Assembly: GCA_021613535.1 (NCBI GenBank) | Contig: CP075493.1 | Coordinates: 5,146,001 to 5,210,000 of the forward strand | Reading direction: 5' to 3' | Length of the DNA stretch: 64,000 nt | Source: Adineta vaga | Taxonomy: Eukaryota > Animalia > Rotifera | Shown here: positions 26,512-40,638 of the stretch, one piece after another | Position numbering within the stretch: position 1 is the first letter of the stretch | Layout of the letters: each line of letters opens with the position of its first letter | Position numbers and translations under genes: made by a program | Notes under the pieces: generated by a model | Told to the model about the DNA's origin: nothing | Databases searched by the model: none | Seen by the model: the letters and a program-made list of their open reading frames with translations, nothing else

Positions 26512-27028
26512 ACGAAAGATGGTTTAATTCTTTATTTTATGTCTACTCGTTGTAGGTAGAATATGATACATATATGCATAGATATATATATATATATTGC
26601 TTTTACAATTTATTTTTCTTTGGAAGATCGAACAAGCGTGTATGCATGCATGGTTGATTGCCTTTTTTCTGTTTCTTTTCAATCGTCTTTTTCTTCTGTC
26701 ATTTTAGCATACTGTGTGATGCTCATTTAACGTACTCATGCACGATGATTCGGTAAATGTAACATGATCAGCATGTCTTTGGTAACAGGGTGCATAGTAA
26801 AACAAATGAAAAATGGATATGGCGGTGAGATAAGTCATGAAAGGTAATGTAGAAAAGAAGAAAAATATATGCATATAATTATATGGATGATTGGTATATA
26901 TATATATCAATTTCTTAGAAATCAAATAAGTTCTATTTTATTATAGAATAGATGATTAATCATAAGTTCATCACCCTCGTTGACTTGTTTCTTTGACAAC
27001 TTCATTTAAAAGAACAAAAAATCGAAAA

Positions 27029-27497
27029 CTATTGAACATCAGTTGATTGTAAGACGATCAAAATATATTCTTTATCTAAATAAATCAAATTTATTAGAAT
27101 AAAATCAACACAAGTTTTTCTTCGAAATAACCAACCTGGTGCAATTAAAATTTCATGCTTTTTTGTTCGCATACGAAAAAATACTAATTCATTTGTTGGA
27201 TCAATTTCACGAATTGATGAACGAGCTTTATCAGTTAATGATCTAATCAATGCTGCATATTGTTGTGTCAACGATGTATCTAATGTTGAACGTATTGGAA
27301 TACCTGAAAATAACGATCATATTAAATGAAAAGCAATGAAGGATTTCTCTTACCATCATTGTTTATTATTAAATATCCTGTAACACCTTTATGTTCAAGA
27401 ATGCGTTTTAATGTATCATCAACTTCTGCCTTGAATAAATAATCAGAGAGATGTGTCAATAGAAATTCTAAGAAAAAAACTTATTCACTTGTGTCAT
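27029..27497 (-). CDS. DYNLRB: Dynein light chain Roadblock-type, copy A
   Basis: [62 protein letters not shown]. Confidence 0.93.
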
Positions 27498-27652
27498 TTC
27501 AATACGGAATGAATTTATCTACAAAAACAAAAGATATAGACGTTAATTAATGTACTTTATTTCTTCTTTTGAGATTAAAATTATTCTTTCGAGTAAAAAA
27601 CGAATAGAGAAATATTAAGGCAAGATCAATATAAAAAAGAAAAATCATTGTT

Positions 27653-28089
27653 CTATTGTTGTTCATTGGCTTGTAAAACAATAGTTAGATAATCTTTATC
27701 TAAATAGATATGATAGAAAAAGTAAATAAATTCTATTTGATGACAATGAATCTTACCGGGTGCAACAAGAATTTCTTGTTTTTTCGTACGAATACGAAAG
27801 AATGTCAGATCATTTTGAGGATCTAAATCTCTAACACAACTTTTTGCCTTATCAGAAAGTGTTCGAATAAGACCAGTTAATGACATTGTTGTTGAATTAT
27901 CAATTGTTGAACGAATAAAACTACCTATTGATTATTAATAAAACAAAATCTTTATTGTTTTTCTATTACGAAAATTTCATTACCATCATTGCTCATTATA
28001 ACAAATCCATGAACACCTTTATGAGTTTGAATACGTTTAATTGTTTCTTCGACTTCAATCTGTTGAGTCGATGGTACTGTTGTCGACAT
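27653..28089 (-). CDS. DYNLRB: Dynein light chain Roadblock-type, copy B
   Basis: [52 protein letters not shown]. Confidence 0.93.
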
Positions 28090-29233
28090 GTTTATGACAG
28101 CTGATGCACACACACACACTTACGTACAAGTAACAATCGATGATAGACTAACGGAAACTATGGCAACTGAAGAATATTTATGCGACAGTAGTGATGCCAT
28201 GGCGAACAATCTTCGAAGAGGTGAATAGAAAACATACATGGTACATTTTAGACCAATCATTTTTAAACAATTAGAGTTAGTTTTTTATGTCGATAAAAAA
28301 ATCAATTAAGCTGATAGACGATGAAGTAAATAATCATCAAAAGTTGTTAATGATTCTATTTCGATAAAAACGTGGACATCCATTCGTAAACGTAACATTG
28401 ACCATAGAGCTTATTTTGTAATTGAAATGAGATGTTCAAATAAGTTGAACTAGCTAAAAAAAATTATTTGAAAGGCATGGTATCAGATCATGCTTAATAT
28501 TTTTGATGTATATAATCAAATTTTCAGGGATTGTACTAGCCAAAAATTGCATCTTGTTATGTGTTTCAAGAGCAATTAAGAGTTGTTTGATTGTACTAAT
28601 GTTATAATGCCGATGAATCTGTGGTTGATTATTTGATAGGAAAGAAAAGAATAATCCATAACAATTCAATATTTGGATTTCATTACAATAGTCGCTGGAC
28701 TTTGTTTGACGCTTCAGTAAATCTGAATATTTCTCTTTTTACTATTTTATAGTTAAACTGAATGTATCGATCAATCGATATATGAAATAGAGAAAATTTT
28801 ACTAATCTTCTGATAAATTCCAGTTAAAACTAGTTTTCGTTTTAATAACAAGAAATCGAATGATTATTATTGTAAATAAACGACATCTATCATATCGAAG
28901 AGGTTTTCTCGTTTGTTTTAATTAGTGCATATGCAAACACGAATCACTATTGAAATACGAAAAGAGAAAAGAAATAAGTGTCGATGTCGAACAGAACAAA
29001 CTCATTTGTTCAGTTTTTATTGCATATATAACGTCTATGTGCGTGTGTGTGTATTGTCTCGTTTCTTATTTGTAGATCGATCGTTCATATTCTCTTTTTA
29101 CTTACTCGTCACATACTTTGTAACATGTTCATATTCTTCTCTTTGAAATGAAAGAAAGACACATTGATTTGAATCGATTTTTTATTGTGATGAGCAATTT
29201 GATTTTTTTTCTCTTTAATTAATAAAATATTCA

Positions 29234-30838
29234 ATGCAAAATGATTCGTCGTCGCTCGACACGCTCAAAGATAATTTGTTGCGCGCCGTCGATGCCGAAT
29301 ACAATGTAAAAGATTTTTTTCTTCTTAAAAAATTTAACAAAACTTAACTAAACACATCCAATTGATCATCTTTAGGTAATGAAAGCCGAAGTTGTATTGG
29401 ATATTATTTGTCAATTAGAAACGATGACGATTACAAAAGATCAATTACAAGTTTGACATTTTTAGTTCGGAGGAGAAGAGTATTGAAGTTCTTCTTTGTT
29501 TAGAAAACTCGTCTTGGTCGTGAGATCAATACAATACGTCAGAAGATTGATGCAAAGAAAAAATCTATTCAACAGATTGATAAATCTTCGGAGTTAATTA
29601 TTGAAATTGCACAACGTGCTAAGAAACTTTTACGATCTTGGCAAGGTTTATTGAATATTTGTACAAAAGATTCATCACCAATATGTACAAATGGAGAAAC
29701 GAAACCTCGATTGATCTTAAAAGTTAAACTTCATTCTTCACAAACAAAACGTAAACGTCAATTTGATAATGAAATTCATTCTAAACGAAAGAAAATTCAA
29801 GTTATTGAAACATCAATTTCATCGAATTTACCACATTCAAAAACAACACAAGAATTATTAATAGAAATGCAACAGAAGATTATCAATGAAAGTCTTCATG
29901 AATCTATTAAAAAAGATCACAATAAGATCCAGTTAGTATAAAACAGATATATATATATATAAAATACAGTTATCATTAGTCTTATTCATCGGAACAAAAT
30001 GTTTGTATTCAATTCGATCCCAAATAGAACAACTGTTGGCCAATATGACTTTGAAATATTTTCCTATCAGTTAAGACAAGATCGTTTCAGGTAGACTATA
30101 TTGATCGAGGTTGTAAGGTCACTACGTACATTGAGATTGCATCTCGTACCAAGAATGTGTTCCTCTCATTTCACGGTTTGATATCAATCGTGACTAAAAA
30201 TTTAGAGTACATAGTCATTCATAACTGTACTCGAGTTACTGTAAAGAAAAGAAATGATGAACTCTCTAGTAAAAGTAGAACATGATTTATCAATCAGTTT
30301 GCTATGTTTAAAACTATGGTTTTATTAATATAGGTCAACTCATGTTTCGAAACAAATCGCATCTTCAAATAATATTCATCATCTGCCCGGTTCTTCCACG
30401 GAAATGTCGTCTATGTCATCCTCCTTAACAAATACTACATCTTGCTCTCATGCAACAGCCATTCCCATTCTGCCAGAACAGAATCAATCGATTGAGTCAA
30501 CGGTTCATGAACAGTCAAAACTATTCTCATCATATCAAACGATTGCCGATCTTATGCAAGATCATCGTCGACGTGTCTTAGCTGAACATGATTCTCGAGA
30601 ATTAGAAGCAAGACCTGACTTATTATTAGTACCAATTGAACAACTAGCTTTTGTTTATGAACGCGAAAGAACGACACATTCAAATGAAATGACTCCATCC
30701 AAATATTCATCAATAACAACAATCGAAAAACTCAATCAACCATCTGATCTTATTGCTTTACCATTTATTGATTGTCCATTTGAATTCGACTTTATTCTTG
30801 ATGAATTAGTCGTACAACATCCAACAATAAACATATAG
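29234..30838 (+). CDS. MED26: Mediator subunit 26-like (TFIIS N-terminal domain), 4 exons
   Basis: LKDNLLRAVD..YN / VVLDIICQLE..TITKDQL / KTRLGREINTIR...AQRAKKLLRSWQ; C-terminal LIALPFID resembles the MED26 tail. Last intron is about 400 nt. Confidence 0.8.
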
Positions 30839-31134
30839 ATTTCTTTCTCTTTTTCCAAAAAGTCTACATGGTGTTTCAACAGTTTGTTTTCTTTTATGTA
30901 TATGTATATTTAAACGTTTATTTATAAGCATGAGTCAATTCTTTACTTCTCGTTCCAAATGAAAATCATCATATCGTGAATAGAAATAAGAATAGATTTT
31001 ATTTTGTTCGAAAAAAACGAACAAATAATTTCTATTATTGATTTAGAAAAAAAAGCAAGAAATTGGACAAAATATTATCACAATTAAAATGTTCGAAAGA
31101 AACAAAGATAAATATACAATAAAAGAAAAAAGTG

Positions 31135-32431
31135 TTATCGAATTTGTAATACAGCTGTAAACGAATAGGAATCTACATGACAATGAAACTTACGTTTATA
31201 TGCTCGATCAAGCCAATATCGATCGTAACGATAACTATCGAGTACACTTGTATCATCGAATTTTTCATTATTAGTATTATTACTTGTTTTTAAAACGAAC
31301 CAACCACGAATAACTAAACGTATTCGTTCTAATAATGGTAATTGAGTTTGTAAAAGAATAGTCCAAAATGATGAACGAATATAATCTGTATTATAAACGA
31401 GAGTTTCGATTGCAAAACGTCTTACAGATGGTACGGAATTTAATAGACGTTCAAGAACGGAAGCATCAAATGGACGAAAACATAAACGAAGATATGTTAT
31501 ATGAGCAAATGTATTCAGTGTTAATGTGGAAAGGAGATTTTCTTCGTTTGGTTTCGTTGAACTTGAACGAGGATCAAGTGTGAGAGAAAGTGAACGAACA
31601 CGTGGACAATGGGGTAAAAATGAAAATAGACGATCCGCATTGATAACGTCCAACGATAGTACTTCGGCATTACATGATGATATTATTTCACTTTCAGGCC
31701 ATTGAATTTTCTATAGAAAATAGAAAAAAAAGATCGATCTATGAATCTTTTCGAACAAAACAAATTATTAAATATCAAAAATTAGAATCACTACGAAATT
31801 TTTTACATCAACTCTCAATAACATTTGGTTCTCATTGCACGGTAAATCAGCGAAACAAAAGTTGTCTTTTGTCACAATTGTTATCTTATTAGTTCTCGAT
31901 TTTAATCTAAAGATTAAATTTCATATTTACTTCATGCAAACATAATACAGATACTCGAATATTTGATTGATTTAATAATGCATATGTAATATTTGCTAAT
32001 TCTTTATCTCGAAAAATTTCGTGTGTATTCACATTAAGATAATTCAAAAACGGTAATTGTTTGATTTGTTCTGCTACTTGCATTAATTCTTCATAATTAA
32101 TATCAATTAATGTCAATGCATGTAATGATTGAAAAACGAATAGATTTGTTTGAGACAGAAACGAACGAATTTGTGGATAACGATAATAATTATTTGACAG
32201 TATCAAAGTAAATATATTACTAAAATTTGTACTGGTTAATGATAAACAAAAATTATCAAAATTGGATTTATCAATTTTTGATACATCAGCAGTTAAACGT
32301 AGGCGAGAATCGAATACGAGAGAATTGAATCTTGAATTCATATTGAAAAATATAATCCAAACATCTTCAACGTTCATATATTCAAAAATGGCCATTAAAA
32401 TTTCACCTGAGAGATTCTCAAAACGAGACAT
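31135..32431 (-). CDS. F-box/LRR-like protein (exons 32431-31931, 31710-31135)
   Basis: MSRFENLSGEILMAIFEYM F-box start, LxxLxL repeats, in-frame GT-AG intron. Confidence 0.85.
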
Positions 32432-32616
32432 CTAAAACGTACCGAAAAATCACATAATTTCTGTTCTTCTTTCAAAAAAACCCAAAATGAAAAGTTTCAT
32501 AGATTATGTGTTAATGTTCGAGTTTACTTTTAACAAATCATCATTTCTTATTTACATAAACAATTGTTCACGAAGAACAAAACAAAAGAAAACAAAGGAA
32601 AATCACAAAAATCAAA

Positions 32617-35600
32617 CTAAATAAGCACCGGAGATGATATATGATCAATATTCGATCCTGTTCCTACTGTAAGTCGGGCACGTTTTTGTTGCCGTTGTTG
32701 ATAAATATTCATTGCTGAACGGCCATTGAAATTCGCTTGAGTATGTTGATCTTCATCATCACTATCAGCACGTTCAGTTTTTCTACCTTGTTGACTGTTA
32801 TTCATATCAAGATCACGGATTACTTCACCTTGAACACTTATACGTACCGGTTCGAAATCTAAAATTGATATATATGAAGAATTGCAACGTTTTTTTTTTA
32901 CAATACAATTAACTTACTATTGGGTATAACCGTTCGAGCAACATATTCCATTAATTTATCGATAATAACAAATGGACCCTATTTGAGAGAAGAAGATAAT
33001 CGAGGTTTATTGAATTTAATTTTCTTACTTCAAAATTTCTCGATGGTGGAAGAACTTTGACAAGATACAAAGCTGTATCGGGTAAAGGAAAAATTCCACC
33101 AGGTGTTGGATGACTACCTGGTAATGGATTTCGTGTTGGTCGAAATGGCATTAAATGTTTTATATCTGGTCGTGGTAAAAATGCACGTCGATCACGTGCA
33201 ACTTGTTCTAATAATGCTGTACTATTAACAGCCGTTGAACTATTAGCAATAATTGTTGTTGTTAAGAAAGAATTTGTCGAAACATTATCATTATAACCAA
33301 GTAATTTCAAATCATCTGTTGAACATGGTAATAAATTGAGAAATTTATATCGATCAATAATTAATAATGTTTCTCGACCATCTAATTCATTTAAATCTTG
33401 ATAAGCATTTGTACGACGTTTTTCAACTTTTTTTATCGATTGTAAATCTCCAACTTGCGATTCAAATTTCAGAAATTCATGCCATATCGATAATTGTGAT
33501 TGTTTTGGTATTGAATTGTCTAATGAAAGAACACGTTCGAATAAGACACGTGCATTATGATCTTCATTTAAATGTGTCATATAATCAATATAAGCTAATA
33601 TATAATCGACATTTTGACCATATTTTTTTAAGCCAAGATTAAAAATATTGAATGCAATACTATTATCTTTTGTACAATAATATTCCATTAATGCAGCTGC
33701 AACATAGATATGATGATTGATACGTGAATCATCACGTGCACGTTTAAATACAGCTCGTGCTGCTTTAATTCCATCAGCACGTCGTTCGAAACGCATTGCT
33801 TGAATATATGCTAATGTTGGATCTTTAAGATTTGATTCATTGAGATCAAGTAAACGATCATAAATTGCACGTGCTTTATCAACATTTAAACGATATTCTT
33901 CAAAATCAGCATAAGCAAAATGAATAAGCATATTTGAACGCATATATGTTTGAGTAGCACGTTCATATAAAGTCGAAGCTTCATCGAGAAAACGTTTTGC
34001 TAACTGAACATCACCTCGTTCAGAATATTGACGAGATGTTTGCTCCAAATACGCACATAATTCATACCTAAATAATAAACAATTACTAAAGATATCCAGT
34101 GTATCTGACATACATACCAAAGATCAGGATGATATCCTAAACATAGTAGACATTGTTCATATGCTAAAACAACTCGACGAGTAACAAGTAAAGCATCTTC
34201 TGTTTTCAATGGATTTGATCGTTCCCATGTAATAAGTTTTCTCCATGCTGCTAATTGTTTGATTTCATCAGTCGATTGTGGTGATGTTGACGGTACACAT
34301 GGACTATTTCGATCGATTGCACGTGTTAATGTTTCTAATTCTTTTGTTACACGTTTGACATTGAGAAAATCTCGAGAACGGGTTTCAATAATACTTTTTC
34401 CTAAGATTGGATTAATACTCTTAAAAGAACAACAAATTCAAAATGAATTAGTTACGTAATAAAAATGCAACTCACCATTTCAAACGTGCAATATTCTTTC
34501 CATAATAAATCCACACTAACAATAGGAATCACAATACCTTTTTGATAAACTTTCCGTACAGCAGCTATTTTTTGATTTTCAGCATATGTACCTACTGCCT
34601 CTCTGTTTGTGTAAAATTTAAATGATTCATGATTACACGAAGAAAAATAAAACACATTCAATTGAATACTTACACAGATTTAAGAAAATTAACATAATCA
34701 TTCCAAATTGTATATGAATAAACATCCATTCCAATTTTTTCCAAAGCAAAATCGTATGCTTGTACCATCTTTTCCCTAAATGAAGATAGAGCAAATTTTA
34801 TTAAACATTCCCAAAGAAATAAGAATTCAAAGAAAAGAATTCGATTTGTTGTTCACTCTCTTTCTCTCTCTCTCTCCATAAGAAAGTAGATTAATAATCT
34901 ACATACTGTGATTGTGTTCATTTGGAGAAGGAACATGTCAATGTGCAGGATATGATATGAAGAATAAAATAGATATATACATATATACAAAGAAGAGTGA
35001 AGGAAATATGAAGAATAAATATATTAAAGATCAAACAAATGAAATGTTCGTGCTTTTTATTTGTAAAAGATGAATAACAAATGTAGGTTATGAAAAATAA
35101 AACATGATAAGTAGAATAAACTCGATTGTATTTCACTATACTCAGTCTATAGATAATCATAAGTAGAAAAATGAAGAGAAATTCCAACCTGAATGTCGGT
35201 AAGATGCCTTTGGTATCACGAACATAGTTTAAATAACATTTCCATAGATCAATATTTAATACTTTAATTAAACATCGTTGAAATAACTAAATAGAAATAG
35301 ATAGTCAAGAATGATACTTTACGAAAGTTCTAACAAGTCAGCATGACAAACATTTTAATGCATCCTACTCAAATTCTCAGCCGAATATACCACTCGTTAG
35401 TGTAAATAGAATAAAACTTATCTTCTACATTATAATATTATCACCACTGTAATTCTATCAACTACTAGTTCACATATTTATGGAGAAGAAAAAAAGACTC
35501 ACAACCGTCGACCTTTCGCCGAAATTTATAGAAAACCATAAAATACAGATGAATCATTGCTTCTATGACTTACTTTTTCGACTTTGTCATAATTTCGTCC

Positions 35601-35989
35601 TTTCATCTAAAAGCATATTTATTTTATGTATGAATCTCTCAATTCGTTCTTACTTCCGATTCCACATAAAGTTTCCAAAATTTCCCACATGTGGGAAATT
35701 GTGCAATTAAAGATTCATAAAATTCTCTTGATTCTACGATCTTTTTATCCTAAAAATGTTCAATATTTTCATTCCTATTCATCGAAAACGTTTCGTACAT
35801 ACCTGAGCATCTTGAACTAATATAGCCCATGCATCAAGTGAATATTTATTTTCGTTAAGTATTCGACGTGCTTGTTGGATTTTTTCATTCCGTGTAAAAT
35901 CCTACTTGTAACAAAGGAAAAATCGAATTTCTATACATTCATACATTTCTTTCATTCTCTTCGCCTACCTCTCTCATGTGCATACTCAT
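32617..35989 (-). CDS. CSTF3: Cleavage stimulation factor 77 kDa subunit (Suppressor of forked), multi-exon
   Basis: [105 protein letters not shown]. Confidence 0.95.
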
Positions 35990-36097
35990 TTTGAAATAAT
36001 AATAATAATAATAATAAAATCTAAAAATAATTCGCTTTATTATCATGTAAGTAAATAATGATGAAAGAAGGAAAGTTTGTTTATTTAAAGGGATGTT

Positions 36098-36844
36098 TTA
36101 ATTCAACATGGATCGACGAACAGAACGAAGAATATGAAAAAGAAAATAGCCAAAAATGCATGTATAAAATAATCGATCACGTTTTTCACGACGAACTAAA
36201 TTGCGTTCAATTTGTTGGACACGATTTTGAAGTAGTTGAATTTTATTTAGAACATTTTTATCATCCATACTGTTTAATGGTTCAATATGCCATCTACATC
36301 GAAATTAAATGAATTATTTCAAAAATACATATGATTTCAATTCTTACGAATCAACAATTTTTATTGGTTGTTGAGGAGTTTTCACATCAACTGAAGTGTA
36401 ATCATCATCACTGGTACTTTCAATATCTTTTGGGTGAAGAGTCGAAGGAAGCGATGGTTGTTGAATAAATGAATCCGATAAATGATTTGATTCTCCATTA
36501 GTAAAGAAATCTGTATCATTCAACATGACCATACTTCCATTGCCGCCTGTAAAATGAAGATTTATTAAATTAAATAGAATAAATAGTAATTTACCTGGAC
36601 GAAGTCGATCAGGTACTTCCATACGAATTGGTACACGATCATTGTCTTGATGAAGACGAGAATTATTAGATCGAGTTGGACCAACTGTGATGGAATCGGG
36701 AACATGCATTTGATAACCTGATATAGATAGAAATTAGAAACAATTGTTTATAGATCAATATGTAAACGTACTCATATTTGTAATATGATTCAAATCGATT
36801 TTCTTTCGTACCAAATCATCAGGATCATCAGCTGAATGACTCAT
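36098..36844 (-). CDS. MFF: Mitochondrial fission factor (Mff/Tango11), 4 exons
   Basis: Two N-terminal repeats MHVPDSI and MEVPDRL; last exon has coiled coil IQLLQNRVQQIERNLVRREKRDR then tail anchor LFYTCIFGYFLFHIL. Confidence 0.82.
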
Positions 36845-37124
36845 ATTTAATCAATTCAATCTAAAATTTGGTTCTTTTTATCCTTTAAATGAAATATATG
36901 TTCATCTTGATAATAAATAAAGAAAAATGTTGTTGATCTTCTTTTCTTCTCCTGTAGAAATAAGAAACAAAAAATGATAGAAACACACCAATAAAATCAT
37001 GCGACTATATGAGAACGAAAGAACGGGTAAAGATACATATGTATATATGTATAATAGAAATAATACCAGAACATTATCCTAATTGAATAAAAGAAAGTGA
37101 ACGAACGAAAGATGTAAAATTTTG

Positions 37125-39908
37125 TCACTGTGATGGTTTCTCAACGTCTGGTCGAAGATCACGCTCCGTGTTATGACTTGTAATTTCGTCATTTTCGACG
37201 AGACGAGAATGTTCCGGTGATAATGATTGTTGTTGTTGTTGTTGCTGTTGTTTAAATATAAGAACTGATTCTGATGACCAATAAAGATTGCAAGATTTAT
37301 AGACTAGAAGTAGTTTCGTTTTAATGTAAATGGAAATATGAAGAGAAAGATTTTATGCATACCTAAAGTCCATACATAAGGTACAAAGAAATCTTCGGGT
37401 TGTTCTTCTTCAACATATTTAAATTTTAATTCGGGAAATTTCTAAAAAGAAAAGTTCGAATGAAATAAACAACTGAGTTGAGATTTACTTTTAAACGATC
37501 TAATGGAAATTGTTTAGCACCCATTTCTAAAGCTTCTTTCACATATTCTGTTGAACGTTGTTCAAGTTTTTCTACTTTGTCAGCAAAATAGACAATAATC
37601 TAAATAATTCTCAAAATATTTGATATTCATATGAACGACATGTTCAAATATTTACCGTATCAATATTTTGTAAAACATCTTGAAAGCTCGGATGTGTTCT
37701 ATAATTCTCGAAAATATCTTTGTTATAAAGTAATGTATAAATCAAATTGATATTATGTTGCAATGTATGTGATAAACATGAATTAATTATTTCTAAGACC
37801 ATTCGCATAACATCTTCAATAATAGTTAAATCTTGAACATATTCATTGAGAATGTCAACATTCGTCGTTGATGATTGTTGTTGAATATGATCTAATGTTT
37901 TCGAATGTTTACGTGCAAGTAAATGAAATAATGAAACAATTCTTTGAGAAACATAGGTATGTAAATTTTGAAATTGTGATGACATATTAGCGAGAGCAGC
38001 AAGACAATTCGTATGAAGATATTTATCACGCATACGTGTCATGTTAAATTGAATTGTACGAAGAACAACAGCAACAAGTAAACCTCCTAAAGTTATTTCA
38101 TTCAAGGATCGTTCAGTATACCTAAAAGAAAAACACGATTACAATGAGTCACAAATGTTGTACTTCACATGATAAGTTACCATGTCAGTTTTTTCAATTT
38201 AATATCATGAATTGTTCTATTAAAATAATCATCTTCAGATAGAATCAATAGAATAATCAATGACATATAAATATGATGTGAATTGCGTTCTGTTGCTGCA
38301 TAGATAACTCGTAGAACTGGTAAGACCTAAAACAAAATCTCATTCAATGGAATTAAAACTGAATATTTCACTCACAATTTGGTCGATATTAGTTCGCGAG
38401 ATTACGTATGCTTTGAAATGTTGATTCCGATGTAATAGCATATACAATAATAATGTACTTTGATCAGTATGTACTGTTTGACAAAGAACATCATATAAAC
38501 GACGATAATCAACTGAAAACCAAGGTAATGGTTCAGAATCTGGTAAGTTAGTTGGTGTATCTATAAGTATAATTTATATAGGAAAAGAATTGTTCGAAAA
38601 AAAACCATCTTGAACATCTACCTTGTGTATCAGTAAAATGTAATAGAGCTAATCGATATGGATTTCGATGAGCATCATTAGTAAAATGATTGCTTAGAAT
38701 TAATATTAAATGAATACTTTGGTTTGCTAAATGTCGATTACGAAGATCATATGCTGGATCAGTTGGAGGAACTATTCCGTCAGCAGTTGATGTTGACGCT
38801 GTAGATGATGCCATACCAAGAGTAACAACCGACCATAGACCCTCTAAATATCGCATAGAAAACTACGAGTCTATTTATATTTAATTTGAAACTTTTATGA
38901 AAATGATTAGATGTTTAATAACACTCGATTTTTCTTTCGTTTCTTACTTACGTGCAACACTTTGTCCAATTTTATACAATGTTCCGCTATCACCATTCGA
39001 ATCATTCAATGGAACAACTGCTAATGCTGATGGACAGTCTGTTTGTTTTATAAAATGTTCTAATAAAGTTCTTGTAAATTCCGATATTAACAATGGACTA
39101 GAAAACAAAGTGATAGATCTTTCAGAAAAACAAAAATCAAAAACTTTTCATACTCAAGTCGATGCATAAAGATACTATATATAGCACTAATAAGTGCTGC
39201 TTCTTTAGCACACATTTGAATTGATAAGAGAGAAAGTAATGTATTCAATACTTCCAAATGTAAAGCATATGAATATGTTTCCACAGGAATAGCAATAGTT
39301 GTTCGAAATAATGTATCAACAAAGAAACTCATCAATGATATTCGATCTAAATTAGATTAATTGATCAGATCAACGATCGATTCTCTCATTTTGATTTACT
39401 CGTACTTGAATTGTCTTGTGATAGGAAATATGGATGAAGATTTTGTTCCGAATCGATTTCAATCAAATATTTAGTTATACAACGAAGTATCAATAAAGCA
39501 CTGTAAGTTTGCCATGTGACAATAGTACTGAAAACGAAATCAATACAATTTCCTCTATCAACCTATTTTAACATACTCTTCACATTCTTCACGAGCAGCA
39601 GATGCTAAACGAATGAAAACTTCAATTAATGTTCCATAATTATTTGTCTTGGGATTATTAGTTTCTAATTGTTGTAGATAGATCGAAGAAGATTCTTCAA
39701 TTAATTTTGAATGAGCACTAAAAATGAAAAGTTTTCATTTTGTATAAAATAGCAAACGAATTTCTTACGTAGTAAATGAAGTTTGTAAACGAAAGGATAG
39801 AAATTGATTCCAAAATGGATCATTGACGGATATTGATTCTTCACTGACGAAACGTTTTAAATATTCGTTCGATTTTAAATCATTCAAAGACGAATATTGA
39901 GCACCCAT
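37125..39908 (-). CDS. DYM: Dymeclin, multi-exon
   Basis: MGAQYSS myristoylation start, [89 protein letters not shown]. Confidence 0.95.
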
Positions 39909-40638
39909 TTTTTGACGAATATTTAATTAATGTCAATCGAATAAAATACTGTGTAGTAAATAGATTACATCGTCGATTGTAAGAAATAGAGGGATGATGC
40001 ATACATATACATGCAAACATATTTTATCAACTACGGATAGGAAGAACCAATGAAATTAACTTGAATAACCTTTAACATTTAAAATGAAGTTTTATTAAAT
40101 TTCGATTGAAAAGATCATAACAAGAGACTTTTATATACTCGAATATTTGATTATCAAACAAGTAAACTGAAAATTTCATCCAGATGTCGCTACTATGTAA
40201 CCACTCTAAAACCGAAATACACCTATGAAAAGATATCAAAGAACAAATATCTGCTATTACAGTATCAGCTGCAAGTTGAAGAGGTCCGAACATAATGCTA
40301 TTAGTTTGTACATACGATCTTGTGATATTTTCAAAAGATATGTATATTTCAAGTGCTCTTTCTGTATTTTATTATTCATTCTTGATGTGAAAATATATGA
40401 AATCAATAAACTTTTACTTTGAAACGTGAGACAGGATTTTTCAAAAGTGTTGCATGATTTTTGTTGAAAAAAGCCGACATACATTATTAAAATATTTTGT
40501 TCGATTCTTTCGACAAAGCTTGTTATAAAACATGGAAGTAAAGCAAAAAACAATTGTTAACAAAAGGTATAAACACGTGTGTACACAAGAGAAGTATAAA
40601 TTGAAATTTTCAAAACTTTAAAAGGAGAAAAATTTACA

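Noticed and set aside
20374-28089. Functional cluster of the Egl-like adaptor with Roadblock dynein light chains
   Set aside because: QT motifs bind LC8, not Roadblock; unrelated genes intervene; proximity is probably chance.
29936-30333. Possible snoRNA in the long MED26 intron (ATGATGA near 30253)
   Set aside because: No downstream CTGA D box or terminal stem found.
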